Notes: generated by a model not told the origin, from the sequence alone. A DNA stretch of 64,000 nucleotides from Candidatus Enterousia sp. (GCA_045637165.1 JAZTYU010000005.1:11282-75281), one strand, 5' to 3'. Shown: positions 9,670 to 20,391, counted from the stretch's first letter. Translations and numbers: made by a program.

Positions 9670-11563
9670 TTCTTTGAATAAAAAGCGTGATGGTGCATCG
9701 TGGTTATTGATGATTTTCGGGGCGGTATTTCTTGCCTTGGCAGCACGTGCATTTTTGTTTGGTGGACTTGGCGGAAATGGCGTGGTGCCTGGCTTGCAAA
9801 ATCCTGCGACGATAACACGTCCTGTTGAATTATCATTTTCTGATGTTTTGCGTCGTGCATCTGATATCAAGACAATGAAAATCAACGGCAACAGTGCAAC
9901 TGGCACATTGGCAGACGGGACCAAGTATAATGCGACGATTACCTATGACCCTGAAATGTTGGCACGTTTGTCTGAATCTGGCACGTCCATTACAATTGAT
10001 ACGTCAAAGTCATGGCTGGAAAACATTGCTACCTTTGCACCATTAGTTTTGACGTTGCTGTTTATATTTTGGATATTCCGTGGGTTTCGTCGTGGTGGGG
10101 CAGGTGGTATCAGTCGCAGCCTGGTTGGGCAAAATCCGACCAAGATTGCCACGGGCAAGCCCAAGACAACATTTGCGGACGTTGCCGGTATTGAATCAGA
10201 AAAGCAAGAATTGTCTGAAATAGTCGATTTCTTGAAAAACAAAGACAAATATAAGTCCTTGGGGGCTCGTGTTCCACGTGGTGTTTTGCTGTCTGGCCAG
10301 CCAGGGACGGGTAAAACCTTGCTTGCCCGTGCGATTGCAGGCGAAGCAAATGTTCCCTTCTTTGCAGCATCTGGTTCTGATTTTTCAGGGATTATCGTTG
10401 GTCTTGGTGTGGCAAAAATCAAAGAAATCTTTGAAATGGCAAAACGCAACGCCCCATGCATATTGTTTATTGATGAAATCGACGCAATTGGTCAAAAACG
10501 TTCAGTTCATTCCTATAATGACCAAGACCGTGAACAAACCTTAAATCAACTGTTGATTGAAATGGATGGGTTTGCGAATGACACAGGGATTATTGTAATT
10601 GGTGCAACAAATCGTGTTGATATGTTGGATGCTGCCCTATTGCGTCCAGGCCGCTTTGACCGCCAGGTTTATATTGAATTGCCTGATATGGCTGGTCGTC
10701 GTGAAATCTTGGATTTGTATGCCAAACGTGTAAAAATGGATTCAAGTGTAAACTTGCAAGATATTGCCCGTGGAACAACTGGATTTTCGGGTGCAGACCT
10801 GGAAAATCTGTTGAACGAAGCCGCTTTGCACGCCGTCCGCAATGGTCGCACAGAAATATCCCCAGATGACATCGAAGAAGCCCGTGATAAAATCATAATG
10901 GGCCCACGCAAGGTCCGCAAAATGCGTCCCCAGGATATAAAGTTGACCGCATATCACGAAGCGGGACATGCCTTTGTCAGTCTGATTTACGAAGATGTTG
11001 CCGACCCAATTCACAAGGCGACAATTATCCCACGTGGTCGTGCCTTGGGTATGGTTCAGCATCTTCCGATTGATGACAAGGTTTCAATGACCCTGGCCGA
11101 AGTTCGTGCCAATCTGTCAATTGCATTGGCTGGCCGCAGTGCCGAAGAAATATTCTTTGGTTCAGACCAAATCACCACGGGTGCCGAAAGTGATATCGCA
11201 ATGGCGACACGTCTGGCTCGTTATTCGATTACAACTGCTGGTTTGTCATCACGTGTTGGTCTGCCTGCTATAAACCAGGTCGGCACATTTGGAACGCACA
11301 GTGCATTGGAAAATGCGTCTGAAAAGACAGCGGAAATCGTTGATAATGAAATCAAGGCTTGGCTGGACGCAGCCCACGCAGATGCAACTAAATTGCTGAC
11401 AAAAAATAAAAAGACAGTTGAAAAACTGGCAAATGAATTGTTGAACCGTGAAACCTTGACTGGTGCCGAAATCCGTGAAATTGTTTTTGGCAAGTCGGGC
11501 AAGAAGCCGTCAGCACGCCAGCCAAAGAAAAATACAAATGCAACAAAAACTAAAAAACAATAA
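9626..11563 (+). CDS. ftsH: ATP-dependent zinc metalloprotease FtsH
   Basis: Walker A GQPGTGKTLLA, SRH region, zinc site HEAGHA. AGGAAG RBS before ATG 9626. Overlaps the tilS end by 44 nt. Confidence 0.97.
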   Translation: MKKLKDFKNSKKNNNSLNKKRDGASWLLMIFGAVFLALAARAFLFGGLGGNGVVPGLQNPATITRPVELSFSDVLRRASDIKTMKINGNSATGTLADGTKYNATITYDPEMLARLSESGTSITIDTSKSWLENIATFAPLVLTLLFIFWIFRGFRRGGAGGISRSLVGQNPTKIATGKPKTTFADVAGIESEKQELSEIVDFLKNKDKYKSLGARVPRGVLLSGQPGTGKTLLARAIAGEANVPFFAASGSDFSGIIVGLGVAKIKEIFEMAKRNAPCILFIDEIDAIGQKRSVHSYNDQDREQTLNQLLIEMDGFANDTGIIVIGATNRVDMLDAALLRPGRFDRQVYIELPDMAGRREILDLYAKRVKMDSSVNLQDIARGTTGFSGADLENLLNEAALHAVRNGRTEISPDDIEEARDKIIMGPRKVRKMRPQDIKLTAYHEAGHAFVSLIYEDVADPIHKATIIPRGRALGMVQHLPIDDKVSMTLAEVRANLSIALAGRSAEEIFFGSDQITTGAESDIAMATRLARYSITTAGLSSRVGLPAINQVGTFGTHSALENASEKTAEIVDNEIKAWLDAAHADATKLLTKNKKTVEKLANELLNRETLTGAEIREIVFGKSGKKPSARQPKKNTNATKTKKQ

Positions 11564-12188
11564 ATTTGAATTGCTGCAAATGTCGCCCCAAAACACCCAA
11601 TCTGTGATTGTGTCGTCTGGGGCTGATTGTGTGATTTTTGACCCATGGGGGCATGCTGATGATTGGGAACGGTTGCTGACGGAACGTAATCTGAATTTAC
11701 GTGCAGTTTATATAACTCACGGTCATCCTGATCACATTGCTGCTGCACCAAAACTGGCAAAAAAATATAATGTTCCATGGTTTTTGCACAGTGGTGATTT
11801 CCGCCTGGTTGGTTGGGGAAATGATTTGCTGACATACTTTGGTTTACCACCAATTACATTGACTGACGTTCGTCCAACGGTATTGGAAATCGGGCGAACA
11901 GAAATTTTGCCAGGCATTTTTATGGACGTTTATGAAACACCTGGTCATACACCAGGCGGTGTTGCATATCATTTTCCGGACCAAGAAATTATGCTGATTG
12001 GCGACACTTTATTCCAAGAATCTTATGGTCGTTATGATTTGCCAGGTGGCGATGAAAAAATGCTAATGCAATCGATCGCGGCTGTTTATAATTTGAATCT
12101 GTCCGACAATACAGAAATTGTTCATGGACACGGACCTGCCACAACGATTGGTTGGCAAAAACAACATAATCCATTTTTTCACAAATAA
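11538..12188 (+). CDS. MBL-fold metallo-hydrolase (glyoxalase II-like)
   Basis: THGHPDH (HxHxDH), TPGHTPG, and a C-terminal GHG. Confidence 0.8.
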   Translation: MQQKLKNNKFELLQMSPQNTQSVIVSSGADCVIFDPWGHADDWERLLTERNLNLRAVYITHGHPDHIAAAPKLAKKYNVPWFLHSGDFRLVGWGNDLLTYFGLPPITLTDVRPTVLEIGRTEILPGIFMDVYETPGHTPGGVAYHFPDQEIMLIGDTLFQESYGRYDLPGGDEKMLMQSIAAVYNLNLSDNTEIVHGHGPATTIGWQKQHNPFFHK

Positions 12189-12217
12189 AAAAACGCCCCG
12201 TTTGGGGCTGTTTTTTA
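12187..12217. terminator. bidirectional intrinsic terminator (MBL gene / bamD)
   Basis: AAAAAAACGCCCC-GTTT-GGGGC-TGTTTTTT. Confidence 0.75.
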
Positions 12218-12940
12218 TTTTAACTTTTTCGTCCACTCGTTATCTGGGAAATTCAGTTTTAACATTTCTGAATACCCATTTGCTTGCTCTGACAAACCAA
12301 TCGCAGTGTATGCCTCGGTCAGGCGGAACATAGCCTCTGGTGTCATAACAGTTTCCTGTGCGTCAGTGACAATTGATTGCAGACGACCGATTGCACTGGG
12401 CCAATTTTCCTTTTTCATATCATTGCGTGCCGCAAACATAACCTTGCCAGCGATATAGTTTTTCAAGATGATAATTTTATTTTCTGCATTTTTTGCATAT
12501 TCGCTGTTTGGAAAACGCTGAACCAAAGTCTGGAATTGTTGCAATGCATATGCAGACATTCCTGGTTCACGACGGACATCACTAACCTGACGGTAATAGC
12601 ACATTCCACGCAGATACATTACATATGGAACGTTCTTGTGGCCTGGGTGAAAACGCATAAATCGGTCTGTTGCCAAAATTGCACCTGCAAAATCCTTGTC
12701 TACATAGTGTGAATATGCCGCCATAATCAATGCGTCTGCCGCCCATGGACTGGCAGGGTGTTGATTTTCTGCCTTTAAGAATTCCATTGCGGCTTCTTCG
12801 TAATTTTCATCATTAAATTCAGCGTATGCCGTTGCATAAATTTCAGCCAATGTCTGTTCTGCAACAATTTCTTTGTCTGAACCGGCACACGCCCCCAGCA
12901 CAAAAGCCGCACATAACAATAACAAGATTTGTTTTTTCAT
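12215..12940 (-). CDS. bamD: outer-membrane assembly lipoprotein BamD (YfiO)
   Basis: Lipobox FVLGAC. TPR repeats with the typical BamD spacing (YRQVSDVRREPG..., FPNSEYAKNAENKI). Confidence 0.85.
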   Translation of the reverse strand: MKKQILLLLCAAFVLGACAGSDKEIVAEQTLAEIYATAYAEFNDENYEEAAMEFLKAENQHPASPWAADALIMAAYSHYVDKDFAGAILATDRFMRFHPGHKNVPYVMYLRGMCYYRQVSDVRREPGMSAYALQQFQTLVQRFPNSEYAKNAENKIIILKNYIAGKVMFAARNDMKKENWPSAIGRLQSIVTDAQETVMTPEAMFRLTEAYTAIGLSEQANGYSEMLKLNFPDNEWTKKLK

Positions 12941-12979
12941 CTAAATATTCCTGTCTTGATTTTTATTTGCATAACGCAG

Positions 12980-12985
12980 TATAAT
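12980..12985 (+). promoter_or_regulatory. TATAAT -10 box 7 nt upstream of the murJ ATG (leaderless candidate)
   Basis: TATAAT at 12980-12985, ATG at 12993. No SD. TTGATT lies 18 nt upstream. Confidence 0.4.
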
Positions 12986-12992
12986 CTAAACT

Positions 12993-14453
12993 ATGAAACT
13001 AGGCAAACATATTTTCGGGGTTGGTGCTATGACAGGTATCAGCCGTATATTTGGATTTATTCGTGATATGCTGATTGCACGGGTCTTGGGGGCAGGGCGA
13101 TTGTCTGACATATTTTTCGCTGCGTTCAAGTTGCCTAATTTATTCCGTGATTTATTAGGCGAAGGTGCATTGTCGGTGATTTTTATCCCGATGTATACGG
13201 ATTCTAATAAAGACGAAAAATTCGCCCGCAATGTATTTTCGTGGCTGATGGTTGTTCTGTTGGGGATAACAATACTGTTTGAAATCTTTATGCCACTGGT
13301 CGTTTGGGGATTGGCACCTGGGTTTGACGCAACACCTGGCAAGATGGAATTGACTGTTTTGATTTCCAGAATAATGTTCGTTTACGTCATATTTGTATGT
13401 GGTGCTGCATTTTTATCAGCCATATTAAATGCGTTTTCACGATTTTTATTGGCTGCATTTATGCCGGTGTTGCTGAACATAATGTTGATATGTGCATTGC
13501 TGATAGCGATGTTTTTCGGGTCTGAAAACGTTCTGTTTTTGATTGCAGGCACAGTTGTCTTGTCAGGTGTGATTCAGTTTTGTGTTTTATGGTCCAGAAT
13601 CCGTCGTCGTCATTTTGGACTGCATCTGGTGCGGCCACGCTGGACACCTGGGATAAAAAGTCTGTTCAAACGCCTGGGGGTCAGTATTATTGGCAGTGGT
13701 TTTTATCAGATTACCATAATTCTTGGCACACTGGTGGCCAGTTTTCAAAGTGGTGCTGTTTCCTGGCTGTATTATTCTGACAGAATTGTTCAGTTGCCAT
13801 TTGCGATGATTGGTTTGGCGGTTGGAACGGTGTTGATGTCGTCGATTTCAAACGCATTGTCTGAAAAGAATATTCGCAGTGTTTATATTCAGCAAAATTC
13901 GTCACTGCGTCGTTCGATGATGTTGATATTGCCGTGTGTTGCAGGTTTGGTTGTCTTGGCACACCCGATAATAAAGTATTTATTTGAATATGGGGCCTGG
14001 ACATCAACGGCGACGCACGCTGTTGCCCTTGCTATTCAGATTCAGGCATTTGTTTTGCCTGCAATGCTGGTCAGTCAAATTTACAGCAAAACCCTGTATG
14101 CGTCCCAGGATGTCAAGACACCTGTCAGCACCAGCATAAAATCACTTGCTGCGGCATCTGTGTTGTATTTAACACTGTTTCCATTTGTTGGCTATCTGGC
14201 AATACCAATTGGCGTTGTGGTCAGTGGTTATTTGAAAAACTATCTGTTGGGACGTGCGTGCCGTCGTTGTCAATTGGTTCATCACGACAAACGAACTGTT
14301 CGCTCGGTTATATGCTTTGGGGGCTGGGCTGCAATCCTGGGCGTGGCGATGTCGTTTGTTCCTGTGACCAGCATTTGGGTCTTGGGTGCATTGATTGCAG
14401 GCTATGGCGTGCTGTATTTACCTGTTGCCTATTTAATAGACCGCCGTATTTAA
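12993..14453 (+). CDS. murJ: lipid II flippase MurJ (MviN)
   Basis: N-terminus GAMTGISRIFGFIRDMLIARVLGAG...DIFFAAFKLPNLFRDLLGEGALS is the MurJ signature. Multi-TM protein. Confidence 0.92.
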   Translation: MKLGKHIFGVGAMTGISRIFGFIRDMLIARVLGAGRLSDIFFAAFKLPNLFRDLLGEGALSVIFIPMYTDSNKDEKFARNVFSWLMVVLLGITILFEIFMPLVVWGLAPGFDATPGKMELTVLISRIMFVYVIFVCGAAFLSAILNAFSRFLLAAFMPVLLNIMLICALLIAMFFGSENVLFLIAGTVVLSGVIQFCVLWSRIRRRHFGLHLVRPRWTPGIKSLFKRLGVSIIGSGFYQITIILGTLVASFQSGAVSWLYYSDRIVQLPFAMIGLAVGTVLMSSISNALSEKNIRSVYIQQNSSLRRSMMLILPCVAGLVVLAHPIIKYLFEYGAWTSTATHAVALAIQIQAFVLPAMLVSQIYSKTLYASQDVKTPVSTSIKSLAAASVLYLTLFPFVGYLAIPIGVVVSGYLKNYLLGRACRRCQLVHHDKRTVRSVICFGGWAAILGVAMSFVPVTSIWVLGALIAGYGVLYLPVAYLIDRRI

Positions 14454-14532
14454 GTGCCTAAAATAAATTTGAAACGGGGCCATTTTTATGATAAAATACA
14501 AATCATAATAAGAATGTAAGGAGTCCCAAAAA

Positions 14533-15456
14533 ATGAAAAAAATTATTTCCTTGGCGGCATTGACCGCAATATTGGCTGGTTGTGCCGACCTTAGTGGCAC
14601 TGGCAGTAATCCAAATTACGCTGATGGCTTTGGCGAAGAACCATTGGCGGCTGCCCCAGTGCAAAGCTTAAATGATTCATATCTATTGGCGGCTGCTCCT
14701 AAATATTATGTTGGCACGGCTTACAAGGTTGACGATGTTCAATATATCCCAGTCGAAGATTTGACATATAATCAGACTGGTGTTGCTGGCATTATTCCTG
14801 CGGAATTAAACGGCACAAAAACCAGCAATGGCGAGGTTTTTGATATAAATCAAATGGTTGCGACCAGCAAAACATTACCATTGCCAACAATTGCACGTGT
14901 GACAAACCTGGGTAATGGTCAGTCTGTTGTTGTTCGTGTAAACAATCGTGGTCCATTTGTGAATACTCGCTTAATGGATTTGTCGCCTGCTGCGGCACAA
15001 AAAATTGGTTTGAATGGCCAGGGCAAGATTCAGATTCAGGTCTTGGGTGATGAAACAATCGCTGTCAAGAACGCAACCCTGGGTGCGATGACACCTGCGG
15101 TTGCTGAACCTGTGCCTGTTGCCCAACCTGTCCAGACAGCACAGCCGGTTGTAGAGGCAGCACCAGTTGCCCAGCCTGTTCAGGTCACAGAACCTGTCGT
15201 TGCCGCCCCGGTTGCTGGGGATTACAGTGTCCAGGTTGCCGCATTTTATGCCCAGGACAGTGCTGATTCTTTGGCACAACGTATGAAAACATACGGCGAT
15301 GCAGTTGTTGTCAACGAAGGCGATATGTTCAAGGTGCGTATTGTGAACTTGAATGCTGCCCAGGCACGTGGTGTTATTGATGCCCTGCGTAGCAATGAGG
15401 GTATGGCCCCAGGTCTGTTGAAAAATGGGCGTTGGGTCAATGCTGACAGTATTTAA
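14533..15456 (+). CDS. rlpA: septal ring lytic transglycosylase RlpA family lipoprotein with SPOR domain
   Basis: Lipobox ILAGC. DPBB core TSNGEVFD...ARVTNLGNGQSVVVRVNNRGPF. Pro/Val/Ala linker. C-terminal SPOR (YSVQVAAFYAQDSADSLA). Confidence 0.9.
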   Translation: MKKIISLAALTAILAGCADLSGTGSNPNYADGFGEEPLAAAPVQSLNDSYLLAAAPKYYVGTAYKVDDVQYIPVEDLTYNQTGVAGIIPAELNGTKTSNGEVFDINQMVATSKTLPLPTIARVTNLGNGQSVVVRVNNRGPFVNTRLMDLSPAAAQKIGLNGQGKIQIQVLGDETIAVKNATLGAMTPAVAEPVPVAQPVQTAQPVVEAAPVAQPVQVTEPVVAAPVAGDYSVQVAAFYAQDSADSLAQRMKTYGDAVVVNEGDMFKVRIVNLNAAQARGVIDALRSNEGMAPGLLKNGRWVNADSI

Positions 15457-15486
15457 TAAAAAATCCCCCGATTGGGGGATTTTTTA
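15457..15486. terminator. bidirectional intrinsic terminator
   Basis: AAAAAATCCCCC-GATT-GGGGGATTTTTT. Confidence 0.8.
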
Positions 15487-15930
15487 TCGGGTTTTTCCAT
15501 GTGATTCGACACGTGGTAATTGATTTTTTATTCTTGTGATAACTATACCAGGTCTTGCGTCATTGACGCCTGTAAAGCGATGTTTTATTTCACGATTGAT
15601 ATCCACGCTTTGGCTGGCTCTATACAGCGTCAGCAACACATCATAGAAAAAGGTATTCTTTGCCATCATACTGGCATAGTGTGGATTTTTTAACAGTTCA
15701 ATAACATGGCTGGCCACATCATCTGCGTATCTTCCGACCAAGGAATTTTCTGTCATCATATTTCGTTCCATTTGACAAAACAGGTCTGCCATTTTATATA
15801 TGCTGTTGGTGTATTCTTTGCTGATTGGAAATGAAGCAATACTGTCGCCCAGTATGCGTCGCACACGGCAGAAAATATCTTTTAGTGCTATAATATATTT
15901 TTCGCTATCGCTTAGTTGTAAATTATACAT
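15484..15930 (-). CDS. hypothetical protein (148 aa), tightly coupled downstream of dcd
   Basis: ATG 15930 lies 4 nt after the dcd stop. The upstream part of the 223-aa track ORF overlaps dcd. No recognisable motif. Confidence 0.5.
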   Translation of the reverse strand: MYNLQLSDSEKYIIALKDIFCRVRRILGDSIASFPISKEYTNSIYKMADLFCQMERNMMTENSLVGRYADDVASHVIELLKNPHYASMMAKNTFFYDVLLTLYRASQSVDINREIKHRFTGVNDARPGIVITRIKNQLPRVESHGKTR

Positions 15931-15934
15931 GTTT

Positions 15935-16666
15935 TTACCGCTTTTTTTGAATAAAGTCATCAATTGGAATAATTGCGGCCGCTGTTGGCCCACGTTGACC
16001 GTTATAGTGGCTTGCAGGGTTTTTATCATATGGCATACGATTTCCAGAAAACTTTTCATAATAAATCTGACCGATACGCATATTTGGATAGACGACTGTT
16101 GGATACAAAACACGGATTTCCAATGTCCATTCCCCACAGAATCCATCATCCCCACGTCCTGCGGTATGATGGTTTAATATAAAATTCCGTCCAACGCTAG
16201 ATTTTCCGTCTATATACGGGAACAAGTTGCGTGTTTCTGTGTATTCAACGGTTGCCCCCAGATACCCAATTTCAGGCGATAAAATCAGCCCAGTTTCTGG
16301 AATTTTTATATCGATTGTTTTGTGGTGTTCTGGATTTGTTGGGTCGATTAAATACCGTGGGTTTCGAATGTCGTATTTCCAAGGACGGTCGATATAATCC
16401 AGATAATAATAAGGTTCTCTATCGTTTAGTGCGTATGCTTTTTTGCCTAAAAACCAATCCTTCATACTGTGCAGTTTTGGGTCGCCCTTGTATTCAATTG
16501 CGGGTTTCATTCCCTGTGGGATTGTATGTGCATAGACACGCAACGTGTCTGCCAGGTGCAAATCATAACTATTTGATCCCAAGCATTTTAAATCAAAAGG
16601 TTCAATAATAATGTCTGGATTTTTTTCCTGCATACGCCGCAGAATTTCGGGACCTGTAAGTTGCAT
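15935..16666 (-). CDS. dcd: dCTP deaminase, long form with an internal insertion
   Basis: N-terminus ...EPFDLKCLGSNSYDLHL, then YIDGKSSVGRNF and GEWTLEI, PNMRIGQI (dUTPase-fold Dcd motifs). 243 aa versus about 190 typical. Confidence 0.8.
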   Translation of the reverse strand: MQLTGPEILRRMQEKNPDIIIEPFDLKCLGSNSYDLHLADTLRVYAHTIPQGMKPAIEYKGDPKLHSMKDWFLGKKAYALNDREPYYYLDYIDRPWKYDIRNPRYLIDPTNPEHHKTIDIKIPETGLILSPEIGYLGATVEYTETRNLFPYIDGKSSVGRNFILNHHTAGRGDDGFCGEWTLEIRVLYPTVVYPNMRIGQIYYEKFSGNRMPYDKNPASHYNGQRGPTAAAIIPIDDFIQKKR

Positions 16667-16777
16667 AATCTATATCCTTTTTATGTTGCCCCACCCACGC
16701 ATAAATTTCTAGCAATAAAATCGCTGATTTGCAAGATTTTTATTCACTTTTCAAAATGTTGTGCTATGCTTTTTACC

Positions 16778-17674
16778 ATGACAGAAAAAACATATTCAGG
16801 CTTCGTTGCCATTATTGGCCCGACAAATGCGGGCAAAAGCACATTGTTAAACCAAATTATGGGACGCAAAGTTTCGATTGTATCGCACAAGGTCCAGACC
16901 ACACGCACACGTTTGCGGGCGGTAAAAATGGTTGGTGCGAAACAGTTGGTATTCGTTGATACCCCTGGTGTTTTCAAGCCTTCACGTCGTCTTGACCGTG
17001 CAATGGTTGCGGCTGCGATGGACGCAATCAGCGATGCAGATGCGGTCTTGCTGTTGGTTGACGCACAAAAGGGGATAACAGAAACAATTCGCACCCTGGC
17101 ACAAAAGGTGGCCGAACGCCCAAATATCTTTGTGGCGTTAAACAAGGTTGATGCGATTCCAAAACTGGAATTGCTGCCAATGGTGGCTGAAATATCTCAG
17201 ATGGCACCATGGCGTGAAATCTTTATGATTTCGGCACTAAAAAATGACGGTATTGAAAAAATGTTGTCAGCTTTGGCGGACGTTATGCCGGAAAGTCCAT
17301 ATTTATTTGACCCAAACGATGCACCAGATGTTCCAGATGAATTGTATTTGTCTGAATTGACCCGTGAAAAGATATATCGTTATATTCACCAAGAATTGCC
17401 ATATCATATCAATGTCGTGACCGAACGGGTTCAGGTTGCAGACGATGGTGTTCTGGACATTTATCAAAAAATTGCAGTTCGCAACGATGGTCATAAAAAG
17501 ATTGTTGTTGGTCGTGGTGGTGCCCAGTTAAAACAAATTGGCACGGCTGCCCGTTTGGATATTCAAGACCAGTGGGGTGTAAATGCCCGGCTGCATTTGT
17601 TTGTTCGTGTTGAACCAGACTGGGAAGAAAAGGCCGAAAACTACACCGACCAAGGTCTGGAATTTAAAAAATAA
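16778..17674 (+). CDS. era: GTPase Era
   Basis: G1 GPTNAGKST, G3 DTPG, G4 NKVD, C-terminal KH domain. Alternative ATG at 16766. Confidence 0.93.
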   Translation: MTEKTYSGFVAIIGPTNAGKSTLLNQIMGRKVSIVSHKVQTTRTRLRAVKMVGAKQLVFVDTPGVFKPSRRLDRAMVAAAMDAISDADAVLLLVDAQKGITETIRTLAQKVAERPNIFVALNKVDAIPKLELLPMVAEISQMAPWREIFMISALKNDGIEKMLSALADVMPESPYLFDPNDAPDVPDELYLSELTREKIYRYIHQELPYHINVVTERVQVADDGVLDIYQKIAVRNDGHKKIVVGRGGAQLKQIGTAARLDIQDQWGVNARLHLFVRVEPDWEEKAENYTDQGLEFKK

Positions 17675-17688
17675 AACAGGATGGATTT

Positions 17689-18063
17689 ATGAGGATTTAT
17701 AACAGGGTAATGCCGTATTTGTTGATGGTGACTGGTCTGGTTTGCACTGGTTGCGAACAAGATTACAGCGATGTTATCGTATCAAAGAAAGATAACAAGG
17801 TTTATCTGGACAGAAATAACAACGGTTTTGCAGATGCTTACATAAATTATTCTGCTATGGATACGGTTGGTAATATATGGTTTAAATCTATGCAGCCTGG
17901 CGATACATTGCGTTATAGTGTTGGTTATTCGTTTGATAAAATTGCTATCCCCAGCAGCCGGGTGCGTCATAAAAATCTGAATAATCAGGATTTTGTTGAT
18001 TTGTATAACAAACATAAAAACAGCAAAGTTCGTAATAAATTAAACCGTTTCAAGAACCGATAA
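17689..18063 (+). CDS. hypothetical lipoprotein
   Basis: Lipobox GLVCTGC. AGGA RBS. No family recognised. Confidence 0.5.
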   Translation: MRIYNRVMPYLLMVTGLVCTGCEQDYSDVIVSKKDNKVYLDRNNNGFADAYINYSAMDTVGNIWFKSMQPGDTLRYSVGYSFDKIAIPSSRVRHKNLNNQDFVDLYNKHKNSKVRNKLNRFKNR

Positions 18064-18064
18064 A

Positions 18065-19090
18065 ATGTTGACAACATCTGACTTTGATTTTGATTTACCT
18101 GTTGAATTGATTGCGTCGCATCCGTTGCCACAACGTGACGCATCACGTATGCTGGTGGTTTGTGGTCGTGATATTTATGATAAACAGGTCCGTGATTTTC
18201 TGGATTGTTTAATGTCTGGCGACGTGGTTGTTTTTAATAATTCCCGTGTTATTCCAGCCCGTTTCATGGCGGATGGCACGCATGAAATCACATTGCACAC
18301 ATCCTGCGATGATGGTTGCTGGTGGGGATTGTGCAAAAAGTTTACAAAGTTAAATCCAGGAACTGTTTTGACCCTTGACGACGGGACAAAAATCGAAATA
18401 GTTGACCAACATCCCGACAGTGGTTTAAAAATCAAGTTTTTGTGCGACAATGTTTTCGATGTTCTGGACCGTGTTGGCAAAATGCCACTGCCGCCATATA
18501 TGAAGCGTTCTGAACAACTTGATGACCGTGAACGTTATCAAACTGTATATGCGTCGCCTTTGGGGTCTATGGCGGCACCGACGGCAGGTTTGCATTTTAC
18601 ACCAGAACTGTTGGAACAGATTCAAGCCCGTGGGGCAAAAATCGTAAATATTACCTTACATGTCGGGGCGGGGACCTGGATGCCGGTTAAAACCGAAGAT
18701 TTATCCCAACACAAAATGCACAGCGAATGGGGCTGTATAACGGATGCCCAGGCAGAAATAATCAACAATGCAAATCGTGTAATTGCGGTTGGAACAACTT
18801 CGTTAAGATTGCTAGAAAGTGCGGCAATGTGCAATCGTGATGCCGAAAAATATCGCCGTGTTGCACCATTTTGTCAGACTACAGACATTTTTATCACGCC
18901 TGGCTATGAATTTCGTGTGGTTGATGTTTTGCTGACAAACTTTCATTTACCAAAATCGACATTGTTTATGTTGGTGTCTGCGTTTGCAGGACTGTCTGAA
19001 ATGCAGATGGCGTATTCGCATGCGGTTGCTGAAAAATATCGCTTTTTCAGCTATGGCGATTGTTGTTTGCTGTTCAAAAAGGGAAAATAA
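18065..19090 (+). CDS. queA: S-adenosylmethionine:tRNA ribosyltransferase-isomerase
   Basis: FDFDLP.ELIA.HP...RD.SRML; GKMPLPPYM; AAPTAGLHFT; AVGTTS.R.LES. Confidence 0.95.
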   Translation: MLTTSDFDFDLPVELIASHPLPQRDASRMLVVCGRDIYDKQVRDFLDCLMSGDVVVFNNSRVIPARFMADGTHEITLHTSCDDGCWWGLCKKFTKLNPGTVLTLDDGTKIEIVDQHPDSGLKIKFLCDNVFDVLDRVGKMPLPPYMKRSEQLDDRERYQTVYASPLGSMAAPTAGLHFTPELLEQIQARGAKIVNITLHVGAGTWMPVKTEDLSQHKMHSEWGCITDAQAEIINNANRVIAVGTTSLRLLESAAMCNRDAEKYRRVAPFCQTTDIFITPGYEFRVVDVLLTNFHLPKSTLFMLVSAFAGLSEMQMAYSHAVAEKYRFFSYGDCCLLFKKGK

Positions 19091-20391
19091 ATGAAATACA
19101 ATCCGACCTTGCATAAATTATCAAATGGTGTAACGGTTATTTTGGACCCGATGGACCTGGAAACAACGTCTATAAAGGTCAGTTTTTGCACAGGCTCACG
19201 TGATGAATTGCCAAATGAATATGGTCTGACGCATTTTTGCGAACACATGTTGTGCAAGGGGACCCCACGTTTCCCAACCAAGAAAATACGTGATGAATAT
19301 TTGGATTGTCATGGCGGTGGTTGCAATGCATCAACTGGCAGTGGTGTTTTATCTTTTTATGGTCGAATTATTGCCAAAAACGCAAATGTTATGTTGGATT
19401 TTATTGGCGACCAATTACAGAATTCGCTGTTTGACCCGACCAAGATAGAAATTGAACGTCGTGTAATTTGTGATGAATTGCGTCGTGCATTGGATAATCC
19501 TGGTCGTCAGTTTGATGATTTTATGTCAAAAACATTATTTGGGGGGCGGACTTTTTCAACTTTAAATCTGGGAACACAAGAAACAATCAATTCATTTACC
19601 AGGGACCAGATGTTGGAATTTTTATCCCGTCGTCTGTCGGCCAAGAATTGTATAATTTGCGTTTCAGGACGGATAATTGACAGTGCCACAACATTGGCAC
19701 AAATTGAAAAGTCGTTTTCGTTTTTACTGACGCATGATGTGCCTGAAAATACGGATGTTCCATACACGCCGGCTGTTGCACATAATTCAAAGTCAGACAA
19801 AGAAAATGTTCGTCTGCGAATAATATTCCCGGACATTTGGCCATTGTCGTTTGAAAATATATACAACAATATATGTGTTGGTCGTTTTGAACGCTTTATG
19901 ATAAAAGAAATTTCTGATGTTTTACGCCAAGACAATGGATTGGTATATGGGTTTAGTGGTTTTGCCGTTGGGAACGAACATCATTATTGGAACGGTTTTT
20001 CGACCCAGACATCTGCTGAAAACATCCCGACTGTTGTGAAACTGATTGCACAAAATGCGTCTGCAATTTATTCTGAACCAAGAATAACTGGTGCCGACCT
20101 GGAACGCTATAATTGCAAGGACGCCCTGGGGGATGCGGATTGGTTGGAATCTGCAACCCGTCGTTGTGACAAGTTGATTGCATATTATCGTGATTATGGT
20201 CGAATTTATGATTTTTATGAAACGTTAAAGTTGTTTACGCAATTGACGCCATCGGACGTTATAAAGAATACACGTGGTTATTTTGATGGGCCAATATCAA
20301 TTATTACCCAAGGGGCAGATTTTGATTGCGATTTAAAATCTGTCTGGGACAAAAATTTTAACTTAAAAACCGAAACCAAAGGGGTAATATA

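Noticed and set aside
11221-11853. 210-aa minus-strand ORF spanning the ftsH end and the MBL gene start
   Set aside because: It is antisense to two well-supported genes and has no RBS or recognisable motif.
15100-15220. Imperfect tandem repeat GTTGCCCA(A/G)CCTGT(C/T)CAG in DNA
   Set aside because: It encodes the Pro/Val/Ala/Gln linker (PVAQPVQ...) between the DPBB and SPOR domains of RlpA. This is a coding low-complexity linker, not a repeat element or CRISPR.
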